DNA of 53,723 nt from Phoronis australis (GCA_002633005.1 NMRA01000553.1:228586-282308); one strand, 5' to 3'; shown: positions 38,489 to 50,675, counted from the stretch's first letter. The notes: generated from the letters alone by a model not told the origin. Numbers and translations: made by a program.

Positions 38489-38869
38489 CTGGGACAAAAA
38501 GAGCATTTCAATGACATGGCGAACACAAAACACTATGATTCAAGACACCAGGAAATAAGTAGTTTCAACAAGTCGTACAAGGTGAATCCAATTGGACCAA
38601 AAGTTTTAACTAAATCGGAACCTCTTTTTTCTAAAGGACCAAGAGCACAAACTAGATAGACAGTCCTATTGCGGTCAAGTCATTAGAGAAGGTCCGACTC
38701 TCGCGGGTCCCACTTTAGTGAGATTTTCTGTAGTTGCAGAAATGCAAAAGAACAGTTGAAAAAACCCGATTTTTCTAAACAATCTTGTTCCACAAACAAA
38801 TTGCTTGCAAAGTCGTACAACAAAGGTGACGAAACTCTTCTATAAATCAAGGGATGCGAGTAATATTAC

Positions 38870-39143
38870 CTATATCTGTCATCTTCATGACACAACACAT
38901 TCTCTTCACCAGCAGTTGATACGGGCGCCGTCACTGTAGCACTCACACCGCGTGTCCTCTGAGCCCACACTGCGCCTAAGTACGCATGCTCGGGAATATC
39001 AGTTGTGTTTTCCCGTAATCCGATCAGGGCGAAACGTCCAAAATGCTTGTAGTACGATTGGCGGACGTCTCTTCTGTGAGCAAACAGGAATCGTACGATG
39101 TAACACGCCCTCTTCAGGGCGTTGTCACTCAAAGAACTAGATC
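38870..39143 (-). CDS. Cassette B exon 2: metallopeptidase
   Basis: 274 nt, tacag|GA TCT...TAT AG|gtaata. Confidence 0.9.
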
Positions 39144-40211
39144 CTGTAAAACAGGATTATTGGAAGAAATATGGATAATGTTTTGCAAGAAGGTGTAAGG
39201 TAAAGTAATGCAACACATTATCTAAATATCTACATCACGGTAAATAGAAAATGCGACCGTCAATCCGCGTCATTAGGCCCAGGGGCATTTGTGTGGAACT
39301 GCTCATATATGAAAGACTTAGGCACATGCGCCAGTATGCGAACCATTTGGGTAAAAAAGACACAAAAACATCGTTTTAGATATACATGTAGGCCACATGC
39401 CTAAAGACGCAGCAATGCGGCAAAACAGAATTTCTTGAAAATACGCCTACGAACTCCAAAGATAAACGTAAAAGGGAAGGAGGCACAGCAGTAGTCAAAA
39501 CGGGGGCACCTATATGCAAGTAATGTATGAGTCTATGCAGAGGACCTTACCTGCGCTTATATGTAAAATTTAAGCGCATGCAACAATTTAGGAAAAAGTT
39601 GGGTAAAAAGGCCGAGAACAAAACGTTCTTTCGATATCGACCTATGGATTTAAAGGCGTGGCGATACTGTACAGTAGTTACACACTGGAACTACAGTGTA
39701 TGGAAGGACAGACACTGCAATTGCAAGCAAGCAAAAGATTAAATAAAAATTTTTGTTGCCCACATGTAGGCCTTGCTGATCTAAAACATGCCAGGGGTCT
39801 AATTAAAATCAAGGTCAATTTTATCGACTTTGCCACTAAAGTTTTTTGACATATACATCTACGAATAAAATATTACAAAAGCTGAATGCGGGTAAAACGA
39901 AGTACTCAATAGAGAACGAAAGCCGACTACAGTATCGACGCCGGACTTAAAGGCTCTAACATCTTTCCGGAACATAAGATGTGGACTTACAATGAAGTTG
40001 CCACACACCTGGCACCGAGTAGTGTCTACAGTTTTCCGTTGTTTGACTCAATATCCGCAATCTACTGGAGATGCAGCACATTTTTCACAACTTAAACAGT
40101 GGCTAACAAAACATTGGCAATAATTCTCAAACAAATTCATTATAGATTCATAACTTTCTCCATCTTATTCACTACTGGATGACCTATAATTTAGATCTCT
40201 AGAGACCTTAC

Positions 40212-40391
40212 CTAAGACCGGTATACCATAGGCCTCCGTATATTTCTGATAGAACAAGCTTAGTCCCCGCGGTCCCATGTGAGATCTACTTCTAAGATGA
40301 GACGGGACTCCTCTCACGCGATCACAAGTGTGCGTGTTCGTGGCCGACCCTGGTCGTTCCGTGCTTTTAAGACTAGGGATTTCTCCATCAT
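40212..40391 (-). CDS. Cassette B exon 1: metallopeptidase N-terminal part (DDGEIPSLK...FYQKYTEAYGIPVL)
   Basis: ttcag|AT GAT GGA...TTA G|gtaagg; 180 nt, phase 1-1. Confidence 0.85.
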
Positions 40392-40504
40392 CTGAACAGA
40401 AAAAAACAAGATGTCCATCCCCCAAAATTAACAGTTTCGTATCAAAACACCAAAACAACCCCAGCAGTAAACCAGGTCTCAATTTAGAACGTCTAGAACT
40501 TTAC

Positions 40505-40561
40505 CTGATGTTATGGTAAATAACTGATCTTGCGTTACGAGCATTTATTGGTCGAAACATA
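40505..40561 (-). other. Possible 57-nt micro-exon upstream of cassette B; contains an in-frame TAA directly followed by ATG
   Basis: tgtag|TA TGT TTC GAC CAA TAA ATG CTC GTA ACG CAA GAT...TCA G|gtaaag. Confidence 0.35.
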
Positions 40562-41643
40562 CTACACAGAATCGGGATAACCAATCACAACATTAGTCAT
40601 ACTCTATTGTGTTTGGTGTTAAAGTGGTCAGATATTGCTATTTGTTTTCCCTTGGTTTGTGATATCCCTTATGCTGCTGTAAACGAGACCAACCCAATTA
40701 TCCTATTCTGTGCTGTGGGCGAGCTCACACGCTTATGACAAGGTGCAATTGTGTACTCACCCTTACCACTAATAATTTTCATTAAGGAATGATGAAAGCC
40801 CCGTATGTTGTTTAGATTTGTGGTTATGCGCATTCCAAAGTTTACACATTCCTCTTGATTTTGATATTGACATCACACGTTCAGTTTCTGATCAATAATT
40901 TTCATATTTGTTAATTTATGATAGTGTGTTGATGGAGTTTGCAATGGCTGAGGCCAGAGGAATGACTGGGTTAATTTTTAGAAATGGATTTTAATGCATT
41001 TTGAGTGTGATAATGAGTTTGATTTAGCACTTGAAAGTGATTGTGACAGTGACGGGAAGATAAAACTTCCACAGATTCCTGTGCTGTTTTGGACGAGCTG
41101 ACGTGCGCTTACGCAGCAGTATTTGGTGCACATGATGATGCGTGGGCGTCTCAAATACCATAAAAATACATTAGAACAGGATATCTTTTAACTTTTTCAC
41201 AGTGTTCAAGACTATGGCTAATGATAATTCAGAATAAACTGTGTTATGGATGAGTAGTGTAAAGACTTTTGGTGCCGGCACAAACTGAGTAAAATGTCTT
41301 GCCTTAATTCTTGTTCGTGAATATTCTTTTTCATTTTCCTGATGATTTAGTGATGACAAAATGAATATTCACTGTCAATACTCGAATCTCATGAATTTCC
41401 TTTAGAAACCTCAAATTACTATATTTTGAGGTTCTGTGATAATGTAAACACGTGTCAAAACTGAAAAACGAAGGGTTGCCAATATGACACCTCACAGATT
41501 TATTTATAATGTGGTTATGATGAAGGTATACATATGGTTAAATTTCTATGAAATTGTGAACAACTTTCATGTTGACCATTTTTCTGTGACATTAATATTT
41601 CCCATTCAAATTTCCAATTGAACAACGCTACGTCGCTAAATCA

Positions 41644-42037
41644 GACTATAGTACATGGACCGACAACTACGTATATTTTCAATGGACGAAATCTGTGTAA
41701 GCTGTGACGTCTTTATTCACTAGCGACACCTGGACAAATTAGCAACTTTTAATTCCAGCAAGCACGCCGTCGGCTAATCAAGGTCTGCTGTTGTGTGGTC
41801 GGGTAGTAGCATTGCCAAAAGTACTCACGATACCAACATTCTACTATTGCAAAACTTTGAACAGCGCTTCAACTCTGAAATTATTTTTTCATTTTACTAG
41901 ACACTAAAATAGATTCGAGAATTTCCTGTCACAATACACTAACCGGAAACTGAAATTGGCAATTTAGGAGGGTGGCGCCTCCTCTAAGATAATTCGCAAG
42001 AAAATGTCGGAGTTGCGAACCTGTTGTCTATAATCTA
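41644..42037. mobile_element. Non-autonomous element, GACTATAG...CTATAATCTA ends (copy 1)
   Basis: Both ~130-bp ends are shared with 44513-45324, with different interiors. Confidence 0.7.
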
Positions 42038-42592
42038 TGATAAAACCTTCATAACAGCCCAGTGTACAGCTGTGGTGATGATACTTAGCAGGTAGGGGAA
42101 TTCAGGTCAGCAGGATAAGGGGTATAATATAGAATGTAGAGGCGCCGCACGTTTTGGTGACGGTAGTGACAACTAAGTATTGCCACGAGACGTCAGAGAA
42201 CGGCGGATATGATACATGTTTGAACTATAAACTCGCATTTAGGTTGACTTTACGCGCCTGTGCTGGGTGAACTTACACTAACATGTACATGTATGCTCGT
42301 GCAGCTAACAAACTTTCAATTTAAGTCGAGTTTCTTTTCTTTTCTCGTTTTTGGCGTTTTCTATTCACGTTTGTGATAAGCTATAGAGGGAAGTTTAATG
42401 CTGACAACGAAATCACTTGTAAATGGTTTTATGCACTTTAGCATCACGGAATGGGTTTTGGAGACACAGCAATAGACGCTGGACGCCCGGAAAGAGATTG
42501 AAATACACATATGCGGGTGCCTGAAAATCGAGTATGAAAAAATGTAAGTTTTAAAACACTATAATAAATATTGATCACATTACAAGCTTTAC

Positions 42593-42655
42593 CTGCCATG
42601 ATAAGGAGGACTTCTGGTGGAGGAGAGATTTGCTTAGTTGGTTTGACTGCGGCAG
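42593..42655 (-). CDS. Gene X3 putative short linker exon (AAVKPTKQISPPPEVLLIMA)
   Basis: Strong pyrimidine tract ttttag|, GCA G|gtaaag donor like the X1/X2 linker exons; 63 nt, phase 1-1. Confidence 0.45.
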
Positions 42656-42916
42656 CTAAAAATACAAAAGTAGACACAATGTCCGACCGCTGAAGGGCGG
42701 GTGCAAATACCCAGCCCTCATGATACATGTAGCTGTACGTTTTTGCGGCACAATAGGCTCATAGTCAGTGAATAGCGAAACATTGGATGTGTTACTAGTT
42801 ACTAATCAGATATTTGTGAATTTTTTTTTCTGTGAAACAAACCATAATTTGAGTATTTGTGTTGTTATATTTGATAGTGAAATTCTCTTTTTGAAAAATT
42901 TCCTGCAGTAGTTTAC

Positions 42917-43000
42917 ATAGCGAACAAGGCGAGACAATAACATTGGTACCGGATGTTTCTTGCTGCACGAGAGCTCGGTGGCTTGTTTCGACTTCGGTAG
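42917..43000 (-). CDS. Gene X3 putative short exon (TEVETSHRALVQQETSGTNVIVSPCSL)
   Basis: ttttgtag|CT ACC...CTA T|gtaaac; 84 nt, phase 1-1; donor choice uncertain. Confidence 0.35.
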
Positions 43001-43909
43001 CTACAAAAATGTAACATACATGTAGGCGGTAGGCAAGTAACATTAACAGGGAATTAGAATACTTAGTTCTGTGAAAGAATCATGAACAGATATGTACATA
43101 AAGGCCACCGAATAACATGTTGCGGACAGCAAACGAATCAAAACCGCAGTGCAATACACGCGTGTAACAACTTTATCTATACACGACATTGCCAGTATCC
43201 AGATAAGGAGTTTATATTTATATTGGACAGTTTTGAAAAAACTTTTTCAGTCTTGAAAACAAAACACAGATATCTCGATTGGATGGCACAACTTTGTTAA
43301 AAAGCGTTGTATTTGCGGTTCGAGACTTTAACTGGACTGGCCTTTGAATAACAATAGTGTTTCCAAAAAGTTACAACTCTGGGCGTGTCTCAATCCTGAC
43401 CATTTTCTGCTTCCTGTCCCATTTACATTTTGCGACTGTCATTCTAGTGTTTGATTGTTCTGCAGTGGTCACCATTTAGGTGTGTGATGTTCAAAGCAAA
43501 GTAACGAAACGCCTGGACCTTGTATTTTATATGGTATATTATATGACGTCGTTCGCTAAAGCCCTTGTTATTTGTTTCATTGAATATCTGTTCCGTACGC
43601 GAAGATTTCTCTCCGCAACTGCATATTCACTGTCTTGTGTGTTGGTGGTATTCAATCGTCCTTTATTCATAAAACTTGCACATCATAAACAAACCATTCA
43701 TGTACATGCATGTACGTACAATATAAGAATTCGATAACTCTCCCCTGAACTTGCCTGATGAATGTTTATAACAACAAATGGAATATCCCGCTAGACTTCC
43801 TGCCCCATTGTAATGCCACATGCAATACTCATTTGTTTACTTAAGTTTTGTACTAGAGGTCTTTTCTAACACATCGAAATAAATCCAATAACCATATTCA
43901 AGAACTTAC

Positions 43910-44063
43910 AGCACACGTGAGTATCATTCACGGTTATGTCCGGTCTTGAACCTCCTGCAGCGTGTGGGCCGATAAGTTCATGATAGTAATTCGGGAGTAA
44001 CAGCATGCATGTACATGTCAGAAAATTCCGGATACAACATTCATAGCCGGAAGTATACACCAT
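43910..44063 (-). CDS. Gene X3 putative first coding exon (MVYTSGYECCIRNFLTCTCMLLLPNYYHELIGPHAAGG...THVC)
   Basis: Diverged paralog of the X1/X2 first exon; ATG, open frame and gtaagt donor retained; 6-nt in-frame insertion. Confidence 0.6.
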
Positions 44064-44505
44064 CTTGGAAATTTACATGTAGCTACTGGAAGGAAACGAC
44101 GAGTTGTAAAGAAACTGAATACAGAAAACAGTAATGTGATACTACAGTAAACATTCCATGTAAGTCCTAGTGTTATTCAAGGTACGCCTAGAAATTGTTT
44201 ATTTCAAAATAGACGAAAACAGGAACGTCGTGAATTGACTTCAAACCTAGCCTAGGTATTGGCTAGAACGTGAAATGAATTCTTATCCGCTCCGTACAGA
44301 GTTGAGTATTGGCTTTCCAATACGTAGCTCCTAAGGGTTTGGTTAACCAACTAATAATTTGCTGGCACGGCCCCAGCCATTACTCATGCAGTCAAGCTTT
44401 CCTTCAACTCAAGGTTTCAAATCTATTCTGTTTTGTTTTGATGTGGTCATCCTTTGGCAATTTGCAGGGTTCTAATGTTTTCGTAAATAAGCAGTTACTA
44501 AGATA

Positions 44506-45324
44506 AGCCATGGACTATAGTACATGGACCGCCAACTTTGCATATTTTCAATGGACGAAATCTGTGACCTTACGCACAAGTCGTGACGTCGCTATTCACT
44601 AGCGACACCTGGCAGACATTACACTCTTTACTTCCGCCAAGTACGCGGTCTGCCAGGGTGGCACTGAACAGCCAGGCTGCGGCCGCGGCCAATTTGCACT
44701 GCCAAAAATTAAAATCTAGGAGTAGGCCAGGCTTGGGGGCATTTTTAGTTAGGCATTGCGTGTAGGCCAAATGAATGTGGTTTGTTTGTATTTGTGAACA
44801 TGTTGAGAATGTAAAAAGACCACTTGCTCGGATGTAGCAGCACTCTCATTCAAGATGGCGGCCCTCGCTTGACAATACTTTTGAATCAAATTTTTGAAAT
44901 AGTTAGGAAATTTCCTTTTGGAATTAAATGTTGGCTGTAGTAGAGCATCGGCAGGAAAGTGATGGTTTTGGGGTGAAAAGTGCCTATTTTTCAAAGTTTA
45001 GCTTGGTCTTCAGTGGGAGTGGTCAAAAATACAAGAGAGAATATGGTTTCAGTGCTCATCTGTAGGACTTGTGATGTGAAATGACTCAAAGTTTTTCTTT
45101 CTTTGTATGCAGTTTTTGACAGAACGAAGAAAGGGTGACGAGTCCATGGACGTGTGTTTTGATAGGCGAACCCCTGTGAGAACTGTTCTGTTCCCCCTAT
45201 AATGGATAGTAAGCTAGATGCAAGAATTTCGCGTCACGACACACTAACCGGAAGCTGAGTTTGAATTGTTAAGAGGATATTTCGCAAAAAATGTCGGAGT
45301 TGCGAATCTCTTGTCTATAATCTA
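44506..45324. mobile_element. Non-autonomous element, GACTATAG...CTATAATCTA ends (copy 2), inserted relative to X1/X2
   Basis: Flanks ctaagata| and |tacataccgt rejoin to match the paralogous sites at ~5484 and ~16903. Confidence 0.75.
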
Positions 45325-45412
45325 TACATACCGTTTTTTCGCTTCAATAAAGTGCATTTTACCTCAATATTAGCCTCGAATGGCAGATACAACCGTGTAA
45401 TAACCCATACAT

Positions 45413-45480
45413 AACATTCGGATTCGAACCGGGCCTCAAGAGTTTCGAGTCATCGATTTTACCACTACACCACTCAGAAG
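45413..45480 (-). other. tRNA-derived sequence (SINE head or tRNA pseudogene) with Pol III A and B boxes
   Basis: TGGTGTAGTGG (A box) and GGTTCGAATCC (B box) at tRNA-like spacing; the acceptor stem does not pair. Confidence 0.6.
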
Positions 45481-46030
45481 CTGACGTCAGCGAACGTGAA
45501 AATAGAATACTTGCATGAGCACGCGCAATAATCGCATGCCCAACAAAGGGCACTGCACCGACATTGATACAATATGAAAAATAAAACGAATAATTTCCAT
45601 AAAAACGATATTTTAATTCAGTGAATTTTTTCTCTCGTATTCTCTCACTTGTAAATCATCGATCTCCAATTTGAATGCGGTTATCGTGTCGTCGGGCTCC
45701 TTTGACTTGAGCATTATACTCAGTTACTATTGGTAACCTACTCTAGCAGACGATATTTTTTCCCGGTCGAAGCTTAGAGTGATAAAATGTGTAGTAAGCT
45801 ATAATAGTTGCTAAACCTAAATTTATAGATTCACTTTATTTCTATTTTGTTAATTTTTTTCAATTGGTTTTGAGTATAAGCATTATTTGTAAATAATAGT
45901 TCGGCTTTTCTTAAAAGGTCACGACCTCCGACCCCGGGCCTCTGACATAGAAAGTAGTTACAAAGCCGAGGCGAGTCGAGAAAGGTAGATCGACTCCTTT
46001 CAATGTTTCTCGTTCATTATGTGGTATAAA

Positions 46031-46137
46031 TAGATTATTACATGTTCTCAGTCGTTATTCCCCGTTATCTAGAGCCCAAGTGGATTTTAGAGAATTATCG
46101 CCCGAGGGGCGATAATTCTCCAAAATCCACGCCATGT
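46031..46137. mobile_element. Palindromic hairpin element (TAGATTATTACATG... end), right arm partly deleted
   Basis: gtggattttagagaattatcgccc-gag-gggcgataattctccaaaatccac hairpin; the left arm is the reverse complement of 50678-50757. Confidence 0.75.
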
Positions 46138-48274
46138 CTTTTTTCATGAGTAATACGTATCTGGTGTGATCACTTGCGAATCAAATTCCACGTTAGACGC
46201 TCACGTGGTTATGAACATGTGTACATACGGGCATTCAATACCTCACGATAATAGAGAGGTTTCGCAAAGCGACGTGAACGTGAATTATCACGCATACTAA
46301 ATTGCACATGCCGATTCACGTTACAGTTACAAAAATGGGTTTCGCAACAGCAAGCGTAAACTGAATAACTGAACTCAGAGTGTCCAGTTATTGTAAGCCT
46401 AGTACAAGTCCTCTAGTTTACAAAAAAAACCCTTAAAAGTCTCTCTGCCAATGCTACTTCTTTTACATGAAACAGTCGTTTCTAAGAACTCCTACCAGAA
46501 ATAGTCAAGTCTTAGAAATTTATTTGCAGTTTAAAATAAATAGATGCATGTAAATTAAGCATATAAAAACAACAAAAAGATATTTCTTTTAAAAATCCAT
46601 TTTAGTTCGATGATATCCTGCGAACCCCGGCAGAATAATGGTTTTGGAAAAGGTACTTTTTTGCAAATAAACTTCAAGAACATTTATAGACGAAAGAACC
46701 GTATTCAATTTACACTGAAGTAAAGTAGAAGGATTGAGAACCCTGTCACAACAAAAATCATTTTGATGTCTTACCAAATAAGAATTAAAAATGGGTCACA
46801 GGTTTCGTGCTTAAAGCGACACGAATCTTTCTGTAGTCGCGTAAAATACTCAAACGCTGTAATCGGGATTACGTCACAGCCAACGATGGCATGTATATGT
46901 AGGTTATCCCACATACATAGGAATACTACTGCCACATCCTATCGAGATATCATTTCATCTGGGAAAGTCCCAACGAGACCGAAAGTCGAGATATCCCCCC
47001 ACTTTTTTCAGTGCTGCGCCACCCATGCAAAATCAGGCAAAATTTAATTCAAATCAAACGAAAACGTTTTGTAACAGTTGCATACAGCACATGTACACAT
47101 ACACATACACTTAAAACTAAGATATTTTAAGGAAGCTGCAACATGATATCAAGTACGTGTTTTTACCAACACAACCAAATTCGTATTTTACCAACAAAAC
47201 CAAATTCGCTGCGTTCTTCTACTCTAATAGCGTAAAATCTGCTTTTTGGGATGCATTTCTTACCTCAAAGTCTGCAAATCAGCACATTTTCCTCCGTTAC
47301 TTTCTAGTGTTGTGATCAACACTGGAGAATACTTCTACTGCTGAAGCCAAGGCAAGACAGTAGACCCAGAAAACTAAAAAACTCATCTAAGCAAAAACAC
47401 AATGCTGCACGTGCAAGTTTTATGTTTTGTTTGTTATATTCCCGGATGAAATGTTTCTAAGTTCTAAGTTCCCGGCGAAGTTTAAATATTATTGAATGTT
47501 TCATTGTTTTAACTGTTTGACAAACTGAATTTAACATGAAATAAAACTTAAATAGTTACTAAACATCAAATGTTATCTTATCCTTAACCGGCGCGAGTAG
47601 TCTAGGCATATACATGGAGTGACATTACAACAAGCCAAACTACAAGGCAACCAGATATCCCCGCTGTGCAAATGCGTTCATGTACATGTATCTGGAACAG
47701 ATAGGTTATCCCACATACGTAGGAAACCACCGCGGTATACTATCTCGAATTCATCTCACCTGGGAATGTCCAACAAGAACGAAATTCGGTCTCTTTGAGT
47801 CATTCTCAGATGAAATGAATTCTCGATAGTGTACATGTATACATGTATGGCAGTAGTATTCATATGTACATGTGTGTTCGATGACCTACATGCTTACCAG
47901 CCAGGTTGCTGTATATTACTTTGCTCATGGGATCACGAATTTGAAACGATTGGGCTAAAATGAGTTATATTTAAAACGCGTACTTCTCACACGACAAGCT
48001 TTATACCGGCAAAATGCTATCACACAAGTGATCGGCAACTACTGATTGTGGTGCGAAATCTTATTAGCAGTGTATATTTGCGTGATGCGACATCATTCAG
48101 GCCGTGTTCGTGAGCGCCATTTCTTTTCCAGTCGAAATGAATAGCATTATTAAAACCCCGTTCGTGTTAGTAAAAAGTTTGCAAAAAGTTACTAAAATCA
48201 ATTTGGGAGCATTCTTACGACTATGACCATTTCTGTTGGCCTTTACAAACCTGAGCTTTTGTGCAACTGGGCCC

Positions 48275-50675
48275 TGGGCAAATTTTCTAATGGCAAATAC
48301 AATAGCCAAACATTCCCTCTCTATGACAGAGTAATTCCGTTCCCGAGGTAACAATTTCTTACTAGCACATGCTACTGGGAACCTGCCATCATCATATTCC
48401 TGCAAGAAAATACAGCCTATACCAGTATCTGACGCATCAGCCTGAACAATAAAAGGTTTACTGAAATCGGGTAATCTCAGCATGGGTGCTCTCGTCAGCA
48501 GGTCTCAAAGAGTGTCGAATGCATGCTGTTGAGCTTCTTCCCATTGTACGGTGTTAGGCTGTTTCTTCTTTGTGAGCTCAGTAAGCGGTACGGCGATTTC
48601 AGCAAAGTTTGGAATGAACTTCCTGTAGTATATCCAGCCAACCCAAGAAAAGAACGAAGTTTTTTCTTCGTTCTGGGTCGTGGTGCATCTCGGATGCTTC
48701 CTAACTTTTCTTCATCCCTTGCCAGGTGCCCTTCAACGACCACATGTCCAACGAAATCGACGGAACGTGACCCAACCGAACACTTGGTGAGTCGAATCGT
48801 TCGTCCAGCCTCTGGCACACGTTGGAAGGTGTCTCGCAAAGTGGAAAGGTGTCCAGTCCAGGTCTTATTATGGCACAGAATGTCATCCACATAATGTTCT
48901 GTATTATGTGCTCCTGCCACCTTTTTTCCTCATCATGCGGTTGAAGGTCGCTGCTGAATTTACCAGACCAAATGACATCTTTACGAACTTGTAGCAACCA
49001 CTTGGTACTACAAACGACGTCTTGGGTCGTGATTCTTCGGCGAAAATGACTTGCCAGTATCCTTTAGTTAGATCAATCTTCGTAAAATAATGGTCTTTGC
49101 TGTTCTCAGCCATGATGTCATCAGGAGTGCCCATCGGTTCCGAGTCAAACTTGGTGATGGCGTTCAAACGACGAAAATCGATGCAGAATCGATTTGAACC
49201 GTCCTTCTTCTTCACTAAGACCACCGGGGAATTGTAGGGTGCATCGGAGGGTTCTATGACTCCACACTTTAACATGCTGTCAACTTCCTCCTGCACAACC
49301 GACCGTGTGGCATATGGCAGGGGATACGGCTTGACTCTCACCGGCTCTTCACTGATGCTGTCAATCTTGTGCTCAACCAGATGGGTTGTACCTGGTACTT
49401 CACTAAAGATGTCAGAGTACTCTTCCAACAGACTTGTCACCTCTTTTCGTTGTCTAGTAGTGAGCTCATCTGATATCTTGACATCTTTGTACGTTTCTTT
49501 TTGATCCCAACTCTTGTAGATGTTCATCATCGACAACACCAACTTCACTGTCCATTTCAGGCTGCAGTACAGCTATGGCTGCGATGTCAAAATTCTGATC
49601 TGCATCATCTTTACTTGCAGCCCCACTTTGGTCACGAGATATGTAGAGTTTCAACAGGTTGGCATGGTATGTCTTGGTCTTTCCACCAAACCTTACTCGG
49701 TAGTACATTTTGTTGAGTACCTCGGTCACTTCATAGGGACCCTTCCACTGCAGTACCAGCTTGTTACTGGCGGTTGGTAACAATATTAAGACTTGGTCTC
49801 CTACTTTGAAGCGACGATCTCGTGTCTTTTTGTCATAATGGTGCTTGTATGCTTCACCAGCATTTCGTAAGTTTCCCCGCACCAGTTCACATGTCTCTTC
49901 CAGACGATGTCGCAAGTCGAGGACATACTCATAGGTATTCCGTATGTCTGGTGTTTCAGTCCACAACTCTTTAAGCACCTGTATGGGGCCTCGCACGGTT
50001 CTACCATACAGTAGTTCAAATGGCGAGAAACCTGTGCTGACTTGTGGCGAACAGTACTGCTGGTAAGTACCGGTCCCGGTCTTGTGGACGCTCTTGGCAC
50101 ATTTTCTTAAGCATACTCTTCAGTACACCGTTAATACGATCACACAATCCATTGCATTTCGGATTGTACGGAGTGATGAACAGTTGCTTCATGGATATTA
50201 ACCGTGCAACTTCTTTCAGTACTTCTGAGGTAAACTGTGTCCCACAGTCACTAAGCACCTGTCTTGGAAAGCCGATTCTACAGAAGGTTTCAAACAATGC
50301 TTCTGCGACTCGCTCAGCTTCTATTCTGGGTAGAGGGGCTGCCCCTGGGTACCTTGTGGCATAGTCTGCGATGGTGAGAATGTACCGGTTGCCTTTGTAT
50401 GTGATTGGCGACACAGGACCAATCAAATCAACAGCGATACGCTGGAACCGTTCTTCCATAAGTGACATCTCACCCAATGGCACTTTAGAGATCCTGCACT
50501 TAGGAGCTGTTCGCTGGCAGATGTCACATGGTCTGCAGAAACGATTTATGTCACTGCCGACTTCTGGCCAATAAAAGCCACTGGCTATTCTATCACTGGT
50601 CTTCTTCACACCAAAGAGTCCACCAACGATTGACTCGTGAGCTAGCGTCACATCCTGTTGTCGATATTTGACAGG
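48275..50675 (-). mobile_element. Truncated, frameshifted Ty3/Gypsy pol with integrase-RT-RNase H order (Gmr1-like)
   Basis: INT (LAHES...CRPCDICQ, VDLIGP, SDCGTQF, WKGPYEV) at ~50675-49650; RT (RFCIDFRRLN, IDLTKGYWQ, FGLVNSAATF, YVDDIL) at ~49500-48620; RNase H (ADASDTGIG, ERNYSVIERECLA) at ~48480-48280. No LTR seen. Confidence 0.92.

Noticed and set aside
50044-50574. Plus-strand ORFs within the Gypsy region
   Set aside because: Antisense shadows of the pol frame.
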